From: an uncultured Actinomycetota bacterium
GTDB lineage: Bacteria; Actinomycetota; Actinomycetes; Propionibacteriales; Nocardioidaceae
Direction: 5' to 3'
DNA length: 64,000 nucleotides
Assembly (NCBI GenBank): GCA_963760555.1
Contig: CAVXDJ010000017.1
Coordinates: 90-64,089, forward strand
In this document: one piece after another, positions 40,268 through 50,400 of the stretch
How positions within the stretch are numbered: position 1 is the first letter of the stretch
Layout: each line of letters starts with the position of its first letter
Notes under the pieces: generated by a model
The model's database searches: none
Told to the model about the DNA's origin: nothing
Seen by the model: only the letters and a program-made list of their open reading frames with translations
Program-made: the position numbers and the translations under genes

Positions 40268-41737
40268 TCAGGTCCCGCAGAACGTGCGGTAGGCGCCGAA
40301 GTCCGCCGGCGCCGGCTCGGCGTAGCGCTCGAGACCGGGGCGTTCCTCGTACGGCGAGGAGAGCACGTCGATCAGTCGGGTGACCGGCGCGACGTCGCCG
40401 GCCACCGCGGCGCCCAGGGCCTCCTCGACGAGGTGGTTGCGCGCGACGTAGACGGGATTGGCGCGGTCCATGACCGTGGGGTCCGGGTCCAGGGCCAGCC
40501 AGCGCGCACACCAGGTGTCGAAGCCGACGAGGTCGAGCACGAGCTCGCGAGCCGGCTCGAGCCGCCCCCTCGCCGCCGACGACAACCGCCGGAAGAAGGA
40601 GGTCAGGTCCGTGCGCCCGGGTGCGAGCAGCGTGAGGAGGTCCTCACCGAGATCACCGACGACGTCGTCGGCCACGGTGCCGGCCAGGCCGAGCTTGCGC
40701 CGCATGCCCGCGCGCCGGGCCCGGGTGTAGTGGTCCTCGAAGCGTCCCAGTGCGCCCACCGCCTGCTCGACGGCGCGGGCCTCGTCGTCGTCGATGAGCA
40801 CGAGCATCGCCTCGGCGAGGCGGGCCAGGTTCCAGCTGGTGATGCTGGGCTGGTGCGCGTAGGCGTAGCGCCCACCGCTGTCGATCGAGCTGAACACGGT
40901 CGTGGGGTCGTAGCCGTCGAGGAACGCACAGGGTCCGAAGTCGATGCTCTGACCCGACAGGGTCACGTTGTCGGTGTTGAGGACCCCGTGCACGAACCCC
41001 ACCAGCATCCACTGGGCGACCAGCCGGGCCTGCGCGGCGACCACGGCCTCGTAGAAGGCGAGGTAGGGCTGCTCGGAGCCGGCGACCTCGGGGTGGTGCC
41101 GCGCGATCGCATGGTCGAGGAGCCGACGCAGGAGGTCGACGTCACCGGTGGCCCGGGCGTACTGCACGCTGCCCACGCGCAGGTGGCTCGAGGCCACCCT
41201 GACCATGAGGCCTCCGGGCAGCACGCTCTCGCGACGCACGTCGTGACCGGTCGCCAGCACCGCCAGCGTGCGCGAGGTCGGGATCTGGAGGTGGTGCAGC
41301 GCCTCGCTCACCACGTGCTCGCGCAGCATCGGGCCCAGCGCGGCCAGTCCGTCCCCGCCCCGGGAGAACGGGGTCCGTCCCGAGCCCTTCAGGTGCAGGT
41401 CGTGCAGCTGACCGTCGGTGCCGGTGAGCTCGCCCAGGAGCAGGGCCCGCCCGTCGCCGAGCCGCGGGGACCAGCCGCCGAACTGGTGGCCGGCGTAGGC
41501 CTGGGCCACCGGGGTCGCGCCCGGGGGCACGGCGTTGCCCGTCAGCAGGGCCCGACCCTCGACGCCCCGCAGGAAGGCGGGATCGAGCCCGAGGACGGTG
41601 GCGAGCGGCTCGTTGAGCGTCAGCAGGCGCGCGTCGGGGGCGGGCTCGGCCCGCCACGGGTGGGCCAGCTCGGGCAGGGTGTCGGCGAAGACGTGGCTGA
41701 GACCGACCGCGGGGCCGGCCGACGTGGGGGTTCTCAC
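40268..41737 (-). CDS. selO: Protein adenylyltransferase SelO (YdiU)
   Basis: [51 protein letters not shown] and C-terminal TFCGT. Confidence 0.95.
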   Translation of the reverse strand: MRTPTSAGPAVGLSHVFADTLPELAHPWRAEPAPDARLLTLNEPLATVLGLDPAFLRGVEGRALLTGNAVPPGATPVAQAYAGHQFGGWSPRLGDGRALLLGELTGTDGQLHDLHLKGSGRTPFSRGGDGLAALGPMLREHVVSEALHHLQIPTSRTLAVLATGHDVRRESVLPGGLMVRVASSHLRVGSVQYARATGDVDLLRRLLDHAIARHHPEVAGSEQPYLAFYEAVVAAQARLVAQWMLVGFVHGVLNTDNVTLSGQSIDFGPCAFLDGYDPTTVFSSIDSGGRYAYAHQPSITSWNLARLAEAMLVLIDDDEARAVEQAVGALGRFEDHYTRARRAGMRRKLGLAGTVADDVVGDLGEDLLTLLAPGRTDLTSFFRRLSSAARGRLEPARELVLDLVGFDTWCARWLALDPDPTVMDRANPVYVARNHLVEEALGAAVAGDVAPVTRLIDVLSSPYEERPGLERYAEPAPADFGAYRTFCGT

Positions 41738-41765
41738 GACTCCACGATAGGCGGGTGGGTCGCGA

Positions 41766-43643
41766 TCACGTCCCGGGACGGAGCACCGAGCGGAGGTCGT
41801 CGAGCACGTCGACGCTCTCGATCGTCGAGGGCGCCACGGTGTCCCCGGAGTCCGCGATCTCCCGCATGGACCGGCGCAGGATCTTCCCCGAGCGCGTCTT
41901 GGGCAGCGCCGGCACCACGGCCACCTCGCGCAGGGAGGCGACGGCGCCGATCTCGCTGCGCACGCTCGCGACCAGCTCCGCGACGATCTCGGCGTGGTCG
42001 CGCTCCACCCCGGCCTTGAGCACGACCAGGCCGCGCGGGACCTGGCCCTTGAGCTGGTCGGCGACCCCGATCACGGCGCACTCCGCGACGTCCGGGTGAC
42101 CTGCGAGGACCTCTTCCATGCTGCCCGTCGAGAGGCGGTGGCCCGCGACGTTGATCACGTCGTCGGTGCGGCCCATGACGTAGACGTAGCCGTCCTCGTC
42201 GATGCGGCCCCCGTCCCCGGTGAGGTAGTAGCCCTCGAACGTCGCGAGGTAGGAGCGCTCGAAGCGGTCGTCGTCGTTCCACAGCGTGGGCAGGGACCCG
42301 GGCGGGAGGGGCAGTCGCACCACGATCGCGCCCTCCTCGCCCGGCGCGACCCGCTGACCGGTCGGGTCGAGCACCTGCACGTCCCATCCGGGCATCGCGA
42401 CGCTGGGGGAGCCCGGCTTCACGGGCAGCAGCTCCAGGCCGACCGGGTTGGCGGCGACCGGCCACCCGGTCTCGGTCTGCCACCAGTTGTCGATGACCGG
42501 GACACCGAGCAGGTCCTCGGCCCAGTGCAGGGTCTCGGGGTCGAGACGCTCACCCGCCAGGAACAGGTGCCGCAGGGTCGAGAGGTCGTAGCCCTGCGCG
42601 AGCTCGCCCCGGGGGTCCTCCTTGCGGATCGCTCGGAAGGCGGTCGGCGCGGTGAACAGCGACACGACGCCGTGGTCGGCCACGACCCGCCAGAACTGAC
42701 CCGCATCAGGGGTCCCGACCGGCTTGCCCTCGTAGAGCACCGTCGTGGCGCCCGCGAGCAGCGGTGCGTAGACGATGTAGGAGTGGCCCACGACCCAGCC
42801 GACGTCGGAGGCGGTGAACATCACCTCGCCGGGCGCCACGTCGTAGATGTTCGGCATCGACCAGGCCAGCGCCACGGCGTACCCGCCGTCGCGCACGACA
42901 CCCTTGGGCTTGCCGGTGGTGCCGGAGGTGTAGAGCACGTAGAGCGGGTCGGTGCAGGCGACGGGCACGGCGTCGGCCGGCTCGGCCCCGGCCATCGCCT
43001 CGGCCCAGTCGACGTCCCGCTCGCCCATGGCCCCGGGTGCCTGGGGCCGCTGCAGGACGACGTGGTGCTGAGGAGGCCGCGAGGCGAGCTCGCAGGCTCG
43101 GTCGACCAGCGGCTTGTACTCCACGACGCGGCTGCCCTCCAGGCCGCAGGATGCCGAGACCACGACCACGGGCTCCGCGTCGTCGAGGCGGGCGGCGAGC
43201 TCGCGAGGGGCGAAGCCACCGAAGACCACCGAGTGCACGGCGCCGAGCCGGGCGCAGGCCAGCATCGCCACGGCCGCCTCGGGGATCATCGGCATGTAGA
43301 CCACCACCCGGTCGCCGGCTGCGACGCCGAGGTCGCGGAGCACGCCCGCGAAGCGGGAGACCTGGTCGAGGAGCTCGGCGTAGGTCAGCGTGGTCACCGA
43401 GCCGGTCACCGGGGAGTCGTGGATGATGGCAGCCCGGTCCCCGTGCCCTGCGTCCACGTGCCGGTCGAGCGCGTTGTGGCAGACGTTGAGCTCGCCGTCG
43501 GGGAACCAGCGGTAGTACGGCGGGTTGGTGGCGTCCAGGGCTCGGGTCGGGGGCGTCGTCCACTCCAGGGCCGCGGCGGCCTCGAGCCAGAAGCCCTCGG
43601 GGTCGGCCAGGCTCCGGTCATGGACCTCGCGGTACGTCGTCAC
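41766..43643 (-). CDS. prpE: Propionyl-/acetyl-CoA synthetase (AMP-forming)
   Basis: [57 protein letters not shown] and PKTRSGK; AAGGAG RBS before GTG 43643. Confidence 0.88.
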   Translation of the reverse strand: MTTYREVHDRSLADPEGFWLEAAAALEWTTPPTRALDATNPPYYRWFPDGELNVCHNALDRHVDAGHGDRAAIIHDSPVTGSVTTLTYAELLDQVSRFAGVLRDLGVAAGDRVVVYMPMIPEAAVAMLACARLGAVHSVVFGGFAPRELAARLDDAEPVVVVSASCGLEGSRVVEYKPLVDRACELASRPPQHHVVLQRPQAPGAMGERDVDWAEAMAGAEPADAVPVACTDPLYVLYTSGTTGKPKGVVRDGGYAVALAWSMPNIYDVAPGEVMFTASDVGWVVGHSYIVYAPLLAGATTVLYEGKPVGTPDAGQFWRVVADHGVVSLFTAPTAFRAIRKEDPRGELAQGYDLSTLRHLFLAGERLDPETLHWAEDLLGVPVIDNWWQTETGWPVAANPVGLELLPVKPGSPSVAMPGWDVQVLDPTGQRVAPGEEGAIVVRLPLPPGSLPTLWNDDDRFERSYLATFEGYYLTGDGGRIDEDGYVYVMGRTDDVINVAGHRLSTGSMEEVLAGHPDVAECAVIGVADQLKGQVPRGLVVLKAGVERDHAEIVAELVASVRSEIGAVASLREVAVVPALPKTRSGKILRRSMREIADSGDTVAPSTIESVDVLDDLRSVLRPGT

Positions 43644-43725
43644 CGTGTGCTCCTTCGTCGGGCAGCAGGTTGCCGGGCGGTTGCCGGCGGTCCAGTGACT
43701 CACGCGCCGGCGGGTGAGGGGAACC

Positions 43726-44727
43726 CTACGACCGGGTGGCCCAGGGCGAGGCGGTGAGCACGCGCAGCGCGAGATCCGTCGTGGCGGGCACGCCGAGGTG
43801 GCCCACGACGTGGCGGACCCGGTCGGGGTCGAGCGGCAGGCGGCCCGCATCGCCGGGATGGCTCAGGTCGAGCCCCAGGTCCAGGTCGTCGCGGCCGGTC
43901 ATCAGGGCACGGTTGAACTCGTAGCGCTCGCGGGCGCCGGGCGCGGTGAGCCGGCCGACGATCTGACGACCGGTACGACGTCTGCCGTGCTCGAGGCACC
44001 AGGAGTCGATCGCGGCCACGAGCGTCGCGCCGGCGCAGTGCTCGACGTCGGCCCACACGCCCCGCATCGGACCGGCCAGCTCGAGCAGCAGCGCGGCGCT
44101 CTTCTCGCCGATCCCGGCGACGCCGGGCAGGTTGTCGCTGGCGTCACCGCGCAGGGCGGCGTAGTCGAGGTAGTCCGCCGCGTGCACGCCGTACATCGCG
44201 TGCAGGCGCGGCGGGGTCAGCAGGGGGGACCCGGCGATGCCGCCCGTGATCAGGCGCAGGACCTGGGTGTGGCCGCTGATGTGGGCGAAGGCGTCCCGGT
44301 CGGAGGTGACGATGACGCAGCGCCAGCCGTGGGCGCCGGCCTGGGTGGCCGCCGTGGCGCTCACGTCGTCGGCCTCGAGGCCGGGCGGGGTCACGGCCCG
44401 CAGCCCGAGCGCCTCGAGGAACACCTGCGTCCGCTCGAGCTGCTCGACGAGGGCGGGGTCCTTCTCGGCGCGGCCGGCCTTGTAGTCGGGGTAGCGCTGT
44501 GAGCGCACCGACGAGGTCCGGTCGTCGAGACCGAACAGGACGATCTCGGGGGCGAAGCTCTCGATCGCCTCCAGGATCTGGCGCAGCATCCCGTGCAGGG
44601 CCCAGGCCGGCCGTCCACCGCGGTCGTGCAGTCCGGAGTCGGCTCGCGCGTGGTGGTTGCGGTGCAGCAGGGACGGGGCGTCCACGGCGAGGAGCAGGGG
44701 CGGCGGGGGAGCAGGCGGCGAGGTCAC
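43726..44727 (-). CDS. Stand-alone 5'-3' exonuclease / flap endonuclease (PIN-H3TH)
   Basis: LLAVDAPSLLHR, R...YPDYKAGR, EADDV, TSDRD and LRGDASDNLPGVAGIGEKSA. Confidence 0.9.
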   Translation of the reverse strand: MTSPPAPPPPLLLAVDAPSLLHRNHHARADSGLHDRGGRPAWALHGMLRQILEAIESFAPEIVLFGLDDRTSSVRSQRYPDYKAGRAEKDPALVEQLERTQVFLEALGLRAVTPPGLEADDVSATAATQAGAHGWRCVIVTSDRDAFAHISGHTQVLRLITGGIAGSPLLTPPRLHAMYGVHAADYLDYAALRGDASDNLPGVAGIGEKSAALLLELAGPMRGVWADVEHCAGATLVAAIDSWCLEHGRRRTGRQIVGRLTAPGARERYEFNRALMTGRDDLDLGLDLSHPGDAGRLPLDPDRVRHVVGHLGVPATTDLALRVLTASPWATRS

Positions 44728-44747
44728 GGCCGGTCCACCGTACGGCG

Positions 44748-45701
44748 CTAGGCCGTCGCCGTGACGCCCACGCCGTGGTAGACCCGGGCACGGGCGGTCG
44801 CAGGACCCTGACAGGTGAGCCTGGTCGGCTCGGAGGTCGTGATCGCGACCTCCACGACGACGGTCCCGTCCGGTGTCACCACGGTGACCAGCGCCCGGTC
44901 GTCGGACGGACGGTCGAGGCCGACCGCGCCCAGGGCGTCGCGGCCCGCGAGCCCGAGGTGGTCGTGGGCGACCACCAGCGCGGCCTGCACGACGGGGGCG
45001 AGTCCCATCCGGCCCCGCATCAGGCGAGGCAGGACCTCGTCCCGCTCGGTGTGCTGCACGAGGTCCGCCGCGTCGCCCGGCAGCACGCGGCCGTAGAACT
45101 CCCCCGTCGGGGCCACCACCACGTTCGCCGCGAACCGGTCGCCACCGACGTGCGTGGTCTCCCAGACCCGTTCGGGGCGCAGCGCGTGCAGGGCGTCGAC
45201 GAGCGGACGGCCCCGCAGGGCGCAGCAGGCGTCGTGACGCCCGTGCGTGCAGACCAGGTAGAGCGGGTCGGTGTCGTGGACGAGGTCGGGGGCCCGGTCG
45301 AGCAGGGCCGTGCGCGTGTCCGCCGGGTCGTCGCGGCGGGCCGCCTCGAGCTGCTGGAGGACGTCGGACAGCCCGCCGACCTCCCAGCGGTACGTCGTAC
45401 GGCTCACGGTGTCCACCACGGCGACCAGGCGCCGGTCCTCCGCGCGGGCGTGGCGACCGGGGTGGCGCACGGCCTGCAGGCGCAGGCCTGCCGCGGCGGC
45501 GAGCACGTCGATCTCGTGGGCCGCCCGAGCCTCGTCGCGGTCGTCGAGCAGACCACGGGGACCCCAGGGTCCGGGCTGCTCGACGAGGATGAGCCGCGCG
45601 GTCGGCAGCGCCGTGCCGATCATCGGGTCGTCGCGCTCCTGGGCCAGCGGGGCGCAGCGGTCGGGTGACTCACGCGGCAGGGGCCGATCGGTGGCCGTCA
45701 C
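44748..45701 (-). CDS. Sucrase/ferredoxin-like protein (Apd1/Aim32 family)
   Basis: LVEQPGPWG, LVCTHGRHDACCA, WETTHVGGDRFAANV, YGR and RGR; GTGA overlap with the JmjC gene. Confidence 0.88.
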   Translation of the reverse strand: MTATDRPLPRESPDRCAPLAQERDDPMIGTALPTARLILVEQPGPWGPRGLLDDRDEARAAHEIDVLAAAAGLRLQAVRHPGRHARAEDRRLVAVVDTVSRTTYRWEVGGLSDVLQQLEAARRDDPADTRTALLDRAPDLVHDTDPLYLVCTHGRHDACCALRGRPLVDALHALRPERVWETTHVGGDRFAANVVVAPTGEFYGRVLPGDAADLVQHTERDEVLPRLMRGRMGLAPVVQAALVVAHDHLGLAGRDALGAVGLDRPSDDRALVTVVTPDGTVVVEVAITTSEPTRLTCQGPATARARVYHGVGVTATA

Positions 45702-46928
45702 GGGGTGACCGCGGCCGCCGGCACCGCGAGGCCCTCGCGCAGCAGCCGCCGGACCAGCGTCACCGCGTCCGCCGCGTCGAGACCGGGCAGGTCACCCACC
45801 TGCAGCGGGTCGCCGAGAAGGAGGCGCTCCAGCGCCAGGGTCACCACGGCCGGGAACGCGACCGTCTTGTCCAGCGCGTGCAGCCGCACCCGGTCACCGA
45901 CCACCAGGAGACGACACCGGAGCCCGGGTCGCAGGACGACCTCGTCGCGGACGCCGAGCGCGTCGGCGGCCGCGACCTGCGCCAGGGGGGAGACGGGTGC
46001 GGGCCGGGTGCGGGCGCCGAGGTGCGCGCCGACGGCGGTGGCGACCTCGGCATCGGACAACCGGTCGATCGCGGCGTGCAGGGCGACGCGGGTGGCCATC
46101 AGCTCACCGGCCAGCACGTCGGGGTCGGCGAGGTCGACCCCCGCGGGCAGGGACGCTCGCAGCTCGGGGTCCTGGGCGAGGGTGCCGATGACCTGCTCGG
46201 CGAGGAACGCACGGGTCACGGGCTGCACGCCGATCGTCAGGTGGCCCGAGACCTCGCCGAGCGCGCTCGCCGCGTGCAGGTAGCCGCGAGGCAGGTACAG
46301 CGCGTCCCCGGGCTCGAGGGTGACGTCGAGCAGGGGCTCGCACGCGGCCCGTGCCGCGACCTCCTCGCGCCGCGCGTCCCAGGGCTGGTCGCGCAGCGGG
46401 GCCGGGAGCACCGGCTCGTGGATGCGCCAGCGCTTGCGACCGAAGAGCTGGAGGACGAAGACGTCGTGCACGTCGTAGTGAGGTGCGAAGCCGGTGTTCT
46501 GCGAGGGTGTGACGTAGGCGTTGACCTGCACGGGGTGCCCGAGCTGGGCGGTCAGGCCGGCGGCGTACTCGACGACGGGTGCCCACGTGCGGTGCAGTGC
46601 CTGCAGCACCAGGGTGGCCCCGTCGGCCAGCTGGGCGAGCACCAGGTCGTCGGCGACCTGGTCGGCGATCTCGGCGCCGGCTCCGCCGCCCCGGGTGTAG
46701 CGGGCCGTCGGGACCACCGTCCCCTCCTTGGCCATCCGCACGAACGGCGTGCGCAGGCCGTGGCGCGAGACGAGCTCGTCGACCCCCGCCGGGTGAGAGC
46801 AGGTCGGCGAAACCGTCGCCGGGCAGCTCGCAGGCGCGACGCAGGAGCGGTCGTCGCGACCAGTAGTCGGCGGCGAACGTCGCCACGCCCAAGCCGGTCG
46901 CCCGGGCGAGCGGATCGGGATCGGTCAT
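45698..46928 (-). CDS. JmjC/cupin 2OG-Fe(II) oxygenase (RoxA/NO66-like) with one apparent +1 frameshift near 46783-46795
   Basis: N-terminal MTDPDPL..FAADYWSRRPLL..FADLLSP (from ATG 46928) continues in another frame as VDELVSRHGLRTPFVRMAK..NAYVTP..GFAPHYDVHDVFVLQ..GRKRW..LEPGDALYLPRGYLH; HxD...H triad intact. Confidence 0.85.
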
Positions 46929-46979
46929 GGCTCCATCCTGACGGGCCGGGCGGGGTGAAGTGGTGGTGCGAAGACGACG

Positions 46980-47009
46980 AGGGCGGCGGACCCGGTGGTC
47001 CGCCGCCCT
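46980..47009 (-). terminator. Perfect 13-bp stem-loop between the repeat-peptide gene and the JmjC gene
   Basis: AGGGCGGCGGACC-CGGT-GGTCCGCCGCCCT; no U-tract on the minus strand. Confidence 0.75.
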
Positions 47010-47020
47010 GCTGTCGTGGC

Positions 47021-47275
47021 TCAGGCGCCGCCGTCGGCGCCGCCGTCCTGCTGGCCCGGGGTGCCGGAGGCTCCGCCGTCCGCGGGACCCTCGGCGCCAC
47101 CGTCGGCGCCGCCGTCCTGCTGGCCCGGGGTGCCGGAGGCTCCGCCGTCCGCGGGACCCTCGGCGCCGCCGTCGGCGCCGCCGTCCTGCTCGCCCGGGGT
47201 GCCGGAGGCTCCGCCGTCCGCGGGACCCTCGGACCCGCTGTCAGCGGTGGTGCTCATGTCGTCGTCGTCGAGCAT
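47021..47275 (-). CDS. 84-aa Asp/Gly-rich repeat peptide (candidate RiPP precursor / JmjC substrate)
   Basis: GAGAGGAA RBS; 15-aa acidic leader MLDDDDMSTTADSGS plus 3 x EGPADGGASGTPG(E/Q)QDGGADGGA. Confidence 0.78.
   Translation of the reverse strand: MLDDDDMSTTADSGSEGPADGGASGTPGEQDGGADGGAEGPADGGASGTPGQQDGGADGGAEGPADGGASGTPGQQDGGADGGA
47024..47230. repeat. Three tandem 69-bp near-identical repeats (coding)
   Basis: Units 47024-47092, 47093-47161 and 47162-47230 differ from each other at 1-2 positions; no spacers. Confidence 0.93.
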
Positions 47276-47392
47276 GTCGTTCCTCTCGTGGCCGGTACGC
47301 CGTCGCCGGCGTGTTGTCGCTGCCCAGCATGGCCCGCCGGATCGACGAGCGGTGACACCCGGAGGGAGGGCTCCCGCGGGGGCCCGGCGCCA

Positions 47393-47439
47393 TTGACGTG
47401 GTCCCCTGGGATGCCTAGATTCGTGTGGCTGACATCACA
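47393..47439 (+). promoter_or_regulatory. SigA-type promoter with an overlapping CRP-like palindrome upstream of glucodextranase
   Basis: TTGACG-N17-TAGATT (47393-47421), then TGTGG-N6-TCACA (47424-47439), 9/10 to TGTGA-N6-TCACA. Confidence 0.62.
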
Positions 47440-47457
47440 TCTCGGGGTTGGAGTGCT

Positions 47458-50400
47458 GTGTTCTCGTCTCGCTCGTCGCTGTCCTTGTCGTCATTGCCTC
47501 GTCCCACCTCACGTCGCGTCGTCGGGGGTCTCACGGCGATCGTCCTGGCCGCGGTGCCCGGGGCGGTCGCGGCCCAGCCCGCGTGGGCGGCGACGTCCGC
47601 GTCGGCCCCCGAGAGCGGCGCGGCACCCGGTGCGCCCGGTGACGGGGCGACCTGGACGACGGGCGCCAAGGACGGCATCGGCACGTCGGCCGGCCCCGCC
47701 TCGAAGGTCTGGTTCAGCCTGGCCGGCGGCGCGCTCTCGGAGGTCTACTACCCGCAGGTCGACCAGGCCAACGTGCGCGACCTGCAGATCGTGGTCACCG
47801 ATGGTCGCTCGTTCACCGACGTCGAGGACACCGACACCCGTCACCGTGTGCGTCTGCTCGACGAGCGGTCGCTGACCTACCGCCAGGTCGACACCGACCT
47901 CGACGGTCGCTACCGGATCGTCAAGACCTACGTCACCGACGTCCACGAGGCCAGCGTCGTGGTCGACGTCCGGGTCACGAGCCTCGACGGCGACCGCTAC
48001 AGCGCCTACGTCCTCTACGACCCCGCCCTGGCCAACTCCGGCCTGCACGACGCCGGCCGCACCCGCGGGCGCACCTTGATCGCCCGCGACACCAGCGGCG
48101 CGGAGCCGGTCGCCAGCGCCCTGTCGGCACAGCCCGCCTTCCGCGCGGTCTCCCACGGCTTCGCCGGCGTCAGCGACGGCCTGACCGACCTGGCGGACGA
48201 CCACCGCCTCGACTGGCGCTACGACTCCGCGGAGCCCGGCAACCTGGTGCAGACCGGCCTGCTCGGCCCGCAGCGGCGCGGACAGGTCCGAGCCACCCTG
48301 GCGCTGTCCTTCGCCGGGACCGGTGGGGACGCGGCCCGCGCGGCGCGCGCCTCGCTGCGGGGCTCGTTCGCCGAGGTCCGACGTCCCTACGAACAGGGCT
48401 GGCACCGCTACCTCGACGGCCTGCGCCGTGACCCCCGATCGGTGGCCGCCGACGACGCCCTGCGCACCCAGTACCACGTGTCGGCGATGACCCTGCGGGC
48501 CCACGAGGACAAGACCTATCGCGGCGCCAACATCGCGTCGCTGACCGTCCCGTGGGGCGAGGCGGTCGACGCCGGCGAGGCAGGCGTCGGTGGCTACCAC
48601 CTGGTCTGGGCCCGCGACCTCTACCAGGTCGCGACCGCGCAGCTGGCTGCCGGTGACCGGGCGGCTGCCGGACGCTCGCTGGACTACCTCTTCGACGTCC
48701 AGCAGAAGCCCGACGGCTCCTTCCCGCAGAACAGCCTGCTCGACGGCACGCCGTACTTCGGCAGCCTCCAGCTCGACGAGGTGGCGCTCCCGATCGTCCT
48801 GGCCGGCCAGCTCGGCCGCGACGACGCCGGGACCTGGGGCCACGTCAAGGCTGCGGCCGACTTCATCGTCGGGCACGGTCCCGCCACCCCGCAGGAGCGC
48901 TGGGAGGAGGAGGGCGGCTACTCACCCAGCACGATCGCGGCCGAGATCGCCGGCCTGGTCACCGCCGCGAGGGTCGCGGACGCCAACGACGAGGCAGGGT
49001 CCGCGACGCTCTACCGCGCCGTCGCCGACGAGTGGCGCCGCCGGGTCGCGTCCTGGACCGTCACGTCGACCGGGCCGCTCGGTGACGGGCGGTACTTCCT
49101 GCGCATCGGCGACAACCGCGACCCCGACGACGGCCACCAGCTCGAGATCAACAACGGCGGCGGCACCTACGACGAGCGCGCCATCGTCGACGGCGGCTTC
49201 CTCGACCTCGTCCGCCTCGGGGTCCTGCCCGCCGACGACGCGGATGTCGTCGGCTCGTTGCCCGAGCTCGACGGCACCCTCAAGCAGGAGACCCCCAACG
49301 GCGACCTCTGGTACCGCTACAACCACGACGGCTACGGCGAGAAGGCCGACGGCTCGCCGTACGACGGCACCGGCGTGGGCCGGCTGTGGCCGCTGCTGTC
49401 CGGGGAGCGGGGCGAGTACGCGCTGGCCAGCGGGGAGTCCGCCGACTCCTACCTGCGCACCATGGCGGCTGCGGCCAACGCCGGCTACATGATCCCCGAG
49501 CAGGTCTGGGACGGTGCGGCCCAGGACGGGTTCACCCCCGGCGAGGGCACCGGGTCGGCGACCCCGCTCGCGTGGTCGATGGCGCAGTTCGTGCGCCTGG
49601 CCCGTTCCATGGACGCCGGTCGTCCCGTCGAGCAGCCCCGCTGGGTCGCCGAGCGCTACACCGGGGGGGCGCTGCCGGCGGGCCCGTCGGTCACCCTCGT
49701 CTCGCCCGAGGACGGAGCGCAGACGACCGAGGGCGCCGTCACGGTAGGCGGCAGCACCGACGGGGAGACCGTCTACGTGACCTCCGGCGGCTCCGTGGTC
49801 GAGGTCGCGGTGGGGCCGGACGGCGACTTCTCCGCCGAGGTCCCCGTGAGCCTCGGCACCAACACCGTGACGGTCGCCGTGCTCGGCGCCGACGGCGGCA
49901 CCTCGCTGGTCCAGCGCACGGTCACCTCGACCAACCTGGGCGAGCTGGTCGGTGCCGTGGACGACCCGAGCGGCGACGACGACGGGCCCGGCAGCTACGT
50001 CTACCCGGCCAACGAGGCGTTCGTGCCCGGCGCCTTCGACGTCACCCGCCTCGCCGTGCACCGCGACGAGGCCAACGTCAGCTTCGCGGTCACCATCGAC
50101 GGCGACGTGACCAACCCCTGGGGCGGCAACCAGATGTCGGTGCAGCGCTTCGACGTCTACCTGCGACCCGAGGGCGCCGACGGCGCGGGAGGCGACCCGA
50201 CCGTGGCGGCGAGGCCGGGCACCAACGCCGACCTGGCTGCGCCGTACGGCTTCGTGGTCACCGCGGACGGGTTCGCGGGCACCGCCCTGCGCGACGCCTC
50301 CGGCGCCGTCGTGGCCCCGGCCGGCCTGACCGCGATCCCGGCCAGCCACCAGGTCGTCGTGTCGGTCCCGCGGTCGGCGCTCGAGGGCGTGGACCTGGCG

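Noticed and set aside
47024-47230. 69-bp repeats as a CRISPR array
   Set aside because: Units are contiguous with no unique spacers, the length is a multiple of 3, they lie in an ORF, and no cas genes are present
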